A DNA stretch of 64,000 nt from Balneolaceae bacterium. GTDB lineage: Bacteria; Bacteroidota; Rhodothermia; Balneolales; Balneolaceae. Where the stretch lies: the NCBI GenBank assembly GCA_003561515.1, contig PWWL01000183.1, forward strand, positions 64 through 64,063, in the 5' to 3' direction. Positions within the stretch are counted from its first letter, which is position 1. Each line of letters begins with the position of its first letter. Shown piece by piece: positions 59,984 to 64,000 of the stretch. The notes beneath the pieces were generated by a model. The model saw only the letters and a list, made by a program, of their open reading frames with translations, was not told the DNA's origin and did no database searches. The position numbers were made by a program, and so were the translations under genes.

Positions 59984-61726
59984 CTAAAATTCGAGATCTT
60001 TTTTAATCGTCTCAATCACCTCATCCAGCTCCTTCTCCTTTTTCCGGAAATTGGCGGGGCTGTCGAGCTCGCCGTTCACGCTGATGTAAAACTTGATTTT
60101 GGGTTCTGTGCCTGACGGCCTGGCCGAGATGATATACTCTCCTTCCGTAAAAAACTGCAGCACATTCGAAGCCGGGAAATCGATGCTGTTGATGCGGCCC
60201 GATTCGATATCTTTCTCGGTTTTAGCAAGGTAATCCCTGATTGTTAAAACCCGCTTGTTACCAATCATAACCGGCGGATCATGCCGAAGCTTATCCATGA
60301 TCTCCCTGATCTCTTCGGCGCCTCTTTTGCCCTTTTTGGTTAGCGAAATAAGCTCTTCTTTATAAAGGCCGTATTCGGCATAGATACCGAGCAGTGCCTC
60401 ATACAGTGAACTACCCTGCTGCTTGTAGTATGCCGTCATCTCCGCAATCATGGTGCAGGAGACCACTGCATCCTTGTCGCGCACGTGATCGCCAACCAGG
60501 TAGCCGTAGCTCTCCTCTCCCCCGGCGATGAACACCTCCTGTCCCTGCAGGCGGGTCATCAGTTCTCCGATGTACTTGAATCCGGTGAGCACATTGTAGC
60601 ACTTCACATCCATGGATGCCGCAAACTTGTCGATCAGAAACGTGGTAACAATAGTCTTAACGATGTATTCATTGCCCCTGAATTTACCGGCCTTTTCCCA
60701 TGCGTTCAGCAGGTAGTGAAACAGCAGCACGGCGGTCTGGTTACCGTTCAATAGTTCAAACTCCCCTTTTTCATTCTTCACGGCAATACCCACGCGGTCG
60801 GCATCCGGGTCGGTGGCCATTACCAGGTCGGCGTCGAGTTTTCGCGCCTTATCCAGGGCCATCGACAGCGCTTCCTTTTCTTCGGGGTTGGGGTAGATCA
60901 CCGTCGGGAAATTGCCGTCGATGGTGCACTGTTCTTCCACAAGATTTACGTTGGTAAAGCCGATGGCCTTCAGCGCGTCGGGCACAATTTTCACGGCGGT
61001 ACCATGAATGGGGGAAAACACAATATTCAGATCGTGCTGCGCCTTGATGGCTTCCCGGTTCACTGCCGTAGCTGCCACCGTTTCGATGTACTTCTGATCC
61101 ATGTCGCTACCGATCACTTCGATCAGATCCTTGTTTCCGTCGAACCGTACCTGGTCCACACTCTCAATCTTGTTCACCTCTTCGATGATGTTCTTGTCGT
61201 GAGGAGGCAATACCTGGCAGCCATCGTCCCAGTACGCTTTGTAACCGCTGTACTCCTTCGGGTTGTGCGACGCCGTGAGCATCACCCCGCTTTTGCAGCC
61301 CAGCTCCCTGATGGCGAAAGACAATTCAGGCGTGGGCCTCAGAGCATCAAAATAGTACACGCGAATGCCATTGGCCGAAAACACGTCCGCCACGATACCG
61401 GCGAACTTCTCCGCATTGTTGCGGCTGTCGTGGGCAATTGCCACGCTGATGGGTTCATCACCATACACTTTTTTCAGGTAGTTGCTGAGCCCCTGGGTGG
61501 CCATACCGAGGGTGTATTTGTTAACCCGGTTTGTACCCACCCCCATAATACCCCTCAGGCCCCCGGTGCCGAATTCCAGGTCTTTGTAAAAAGCATCGGT
61601 CAGTTCCTCGGTTTTGCCGGCATCAATGAGCTGCTGAATTTCGTTTTTAGTATCCTGATCGTAATTTCCGTCGAGCCATACCCGGATGCGGTCGCTGATT
61701 GCCTTGTCAAGGTTTTTCATGTTCAT
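59984..61726 (-). CDS. pgm: Phosphoglucomutase/phosphomannomutase (alpha-D-phosphohexomutase)
   Basis: EFGTGGLRG, TASHNP phospho-Ser, DPDADR metal loop, GEESYG, RPSGTEPK. Confidence 0.93.
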   Translation of the reverse strand: MNMKNLDKAISDRIRVWLDGNYDQDTKNEIQQLIDAGKTEELTDAFYKDLEFGTGGLRGIMGVGTNRVNKYTLGMATQGLSNYLKKVYGDEPISVAIAHDSRNNAEKFAGIVADVFSANGIRVYYFDALRPTPELSFAIRELGCKSGVMLTASHNPKEYSGYKAYWDDGCQVLPPHDKNIIEEVNKIESVDQVRFDGNKDLIEVIGSDMDQKYIETVAATAVNREAIKAQHDLNIVFSPIHGTAVKIVPDALKAIGFTNVNLVEEQCTIDGNFPTVIYPNPEEKEALSMALDKARKLDADLVMATDPDADRVGIAVKNEKGEFELLNGNQTAVLLFHYLLNAWEKAGKFRGNEYIVKTIVTTFLIDKFAASMDVKCYNVLTGFKYIGELMTRLQGQEVFIAGGEESYGYLVGDHVRDKDAVVSCTMIAEMTAYYKQQGSSLYEALLGIYAEYGLYKEELISLTKKGKRGAEEIREIMDKLRHDPPVMIGNKRVLTIRDYLAKTEKDIESGRINSIDFPASNVLQFFTEGEYIISARPSGTEPKIKFYISVNGELDSPANFRKKEKELDEVIETIKKDLEF

Positions 61727-61864
61727 GATAGTTAGGGAGATCTGTTTGGGTGATTTTGTGGTCAGGTAGCAATTTTGATTCGTCTTCCTAAAGTAAAAAA
61801 TTGAGAGAGGTGTTTGAAATGGGAATCAACAATTCATGTAAAAAATGGATTTCGAAAAAAGCTC

Positions 61865-62142
61865 AGTGCCACATTCAGGCGGCTCCTCCGGAGCCTTGGA
61901 GGGGTGGACGCCAATTCTGGCTACAAACGGGCGGCTCCGCTGGAGCCTGTATTGCTGGGTGCCATTCCTGGCTACTAACAGTGAGCTCTACTGAAGCTGT
62001 TTTGACCACGGGGGTCTGTATCAATATCTGTTACGAGACCAGATATGAAGACCTCTTACGAAATTACAAATTCACCTGATTGTAATAATCCATGAGATCG
62101 AACCTTTCGACTCCGGAGTTAGTCCCCTGTTTGTAGATAAAA
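61865..62142. repeat. REP cluster (GGCTCC-N3-GGAGCC units at ~52-bp spacing) plus copy 1 of a ~160-bp element
   Basis: Palindromes at 61881, 61933 and 61984 (degenerate), each preceded by a CTACAAAC-like motif; inverted unit GACTCCGGAG..GTTTGTAG at about 62109-62136. Confidence 0.8.
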
Positions 62143-62165
62143 AAAGGGGAGCAAAAGCTCCCCTT
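62139..62165 (-). terminator. Intrinsic terminator after the lipoprotein gene
   Basis: A-run then GGGGAGC-aaaa-GCTCCCC, giving a T-run after the stem on the minus strand. Confidence 0.85.
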
Positions 62166-62215
62166 GTTCTAAATTAGTGGCATTATGCCTTGGCATGTTA
62201 TGTTCAAATTACAAC

Positions 62216-63403
62216 CTAATCTGCCGGACACCCAAAAATAACCTCCAGTTTGCTTAGCTCATCACCTCCGGCACTTACCTGGCTGTCGAAACCACTTAAT
62301 TCGAGTGTGCCAGAAAACTCAAAGCCAGCAGTTATATCGATGCCCTCCACGCCGTAGATCAACCAGCCTGATCCGTGTGCAGCTGATATTGATTCCGTTA
62401 AGCCAAAAGCTGTAAGCGTAGCTGTTACGGAACTGTTATCATGCCTTGAAACCAGGTAGAGATTAGCCCTGTCAATTTCACCTACAGTACAGTTCGTGTT
62501 GGCTTCAATATTGGCAGAAAGATTTGTGTAAACGCCGCTGTGTCCGTTAGCAGAGGCCCTTAGCAGGTCTTCAGCAGCATCATATTCAAATGATATGGTA
62601 TTGCTGCCATCACTATAAATATGCCCAAAACCAATTTGAGATCTGTTTCCGGGCTGGCCCAAATCACCCACTCCAAGATAAATTCCATGGTTATTATTTG
62701 CGGCAAACGATTTAAACCTGACGCCGAATCCCTTCTCCATGTCTCCTCCTCCCGGGATAATAACAATCTGATCCTGGGCTCCCTCTATTTCAAGGTAGTG
62801 CGCCACCCATGTTGCAGTTTCAGCATTGAACTGGCCGGAGTTTTCCTTCGTGTCTTTCAGTATTGCCTCAATCAAGTCTACATCATAGTCACCATTTCTA
62901 ACAGCACTTGGAAGATCGCTCTCAGAAAGTGAGTTCAGGTCAAACGGGTTGTGATCCATCACAGACCAAAGCGCAATCTGAAGTTCGAGCCAGGTTAACC
63001 CCTTTAGATCTCTGTAATACCGGTCAATATTGTTCACAATGTAGTTAACCTGATTCCAATACGGTTCACCGCTTATACTGTGCAACTTAGAGCCGGCATA
63101 CATAGAATTATCAGACTGTATGGGCACATCCCATAAAGCACAGAATGATGCATAGTGTCCTTCTTCGATACCGCTTGATTCATTCAGCCCATTTAGCTCT
63201 ATCATGAAGTAAGATCGATTTCGATCCCTGTTAACCGTAGCTACAACATTATCAGCACCGGCAATCTGGTTCAGATGCGGAACCTGTGTTAGTGATTCTT
63301 CGAGCGAATCAACACCTGTGGTTGAATCACATGCGGAAATCGAAAATAGCAGTAAGATTGATAATAGCGCACTCCAGCGCAGTACATACCCTTGTGAATA
63401 CAT
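62216..63403 (-). CDS. Lipoprotein with putative Cys-Gln thioester domain and C-terminal beta-rich domain
   Basis: ISAC lipobox (Cys25) with acidic tail; YASFC(88), LQIALW(142-146), AQDQIVII(210-212). Confidence 0.65.
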   Translation of the reverse strand: MYSQGYVLRWSALLSILLLFSISACDSTTGVDSLEESLTQVPHLNQIAGADNVVATVNRDRNRSYFMIELNGLNESSGIEEGHYASFCALWDVPIQSDNSMYAGSKLHSISGEPYWNQVNYIVNNIDRYYRDLKGLTWLELQIALWSVMDHNPFDLNSLSESDLPSAVRNGDYDVDLIEAILKDTKENSGQFNAETATWVAHYLEIEGAQDQIVIIPGGGDMEKGFGVRFKSFAANNNHGIYLGVGDLGQPGNRSQIGFGHIYSDGSNTISFEYDAAEDLLRASANGHSGVYTNLSANIEANTNCTVGEIDRANLYLVSRHDNSSVTATLTAFGLTESISAAHGSGWLIYGVEGIDITAGFEFSGTLELSGFDSQVSAGGDELSKLEVIFGCPAD

Positions 63404-63706
63404 AATTTAACTCTGGTTAGATTTTTATTTACCCTTGAGAAGCTTTATTTGATTGGCTCTCTAATTCGTCCATTAAAATCAGAATTTCCGTTCTATTCCG
63501 CAGTTAGACTATTCTTAATCTTCACACTTAAATATTAAAGCATTGTTATTTAGTGCTATTGCGAATATTGTCAATATTGCGAACACAATATGTCAGCATG
63601 TTTCAATTTATCCCTCTATGAAAATGAATGCAGGCAAACCTTTTGACTGTAGCCCTTTTTCTATGCGTTTTACAAATCATTATTTAGAAAGTATATCACA
63701 ATCAGG

Positions 63707-63900
63707 GAGCTCCTCTGGAGCCGTCACGGGCACAGGGAAGGGCGGTATCAATAACTGTTACAAGACCAGATTTTAAAATCTCTATCAAAATTACAAATTC
63801 ACGTGAATGCATTAATCTATAAGATCGAACCTTCCGACTCCGGAGGAGTCCCCCGTTTGTAGCTAAAACAACCAGCCCACCTCCACAGCTCCGGAGGAGC
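63707..63900. repeat. Copy 2 of the ~160-bp REP-based element plus an extra inverted REP
   Basis: Shares GTATCAATA.CTGTTAC.AGACCAGAT, AAATTACAAATTCAC, AGATCGAACCTT.CGACTCCGGAG..AGTCCCC..GTTTGTAG with 61983-62142; AGCTCCGGAGGAGCT near 63887. Confidence 0.82.
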
Positions 63901-64000
63901 TGCCTGAAAATGCCCATATCAATAATCCTCGGACAAATCTATCCAAGCCGGATAAACAAGCTCCCTACCCCTATAGCCCCTCAAAAACCATGAAAGCCCA

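Noticed and set aside
61801-62079. 92-aa ORF, and the short ORFs at 63543-63776 and 63702-63917
   Set aside because: They read through REP palindromes and lack coding signatures

Overview
A 64 kb bacterial chromosomal window, mostly housekeeping genes. Gene content and synteny (parA-parB-DUF5683, serC-DUF1015, archaeal/eukaryotic-type ProRS, lipoproteins with acidic post-Cys tails) suggest the FCB superphylum, probably a Balneolota/Rhodothermota-like aquatic halophile; this is inferred, not searched. Recognisable genes: xerD, ggt, mutS2, proS, nnr, tonB, serC, rlpA, crtI, fsa/tal, a partial paa cluster (paaABCD-G-H-I) interrupted by a FitAB/VapBC toxin-antitoxin pair, tkt, parAB, an ECF sigma factor, uvrC, dnaJ-grpE, rsmI, lnt, a phosphohexomutase and one tRNA-Met(CAT). 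Most notable: (1) three ~238-bp tandem units behind tRNA-Met, each starting with an exact copy of the tRNA 3' end and apparently built from decayed tRNA-like halves carrying a 17-bp palindrome; (2) a lipoprotein with Cys-Gln thioester-domain-like motifs, flanked by two copies of a ~160-bp REP-based element; (3) a KR2-like NDQ sodium-pump rhodopsin with substitutions at selectivity-filter positions; (4) a degenerate histidine kinase, and an Asp-less NarL-type regulator followed by a candidate sRNA; (5) several REP/REPIN and heptamer repeat families; (6) a sigma-54-type promoter before grpE-dnaJ. I saw no CRISPR array, prophage or intact transposase. All calls were made by eye, without database searches.
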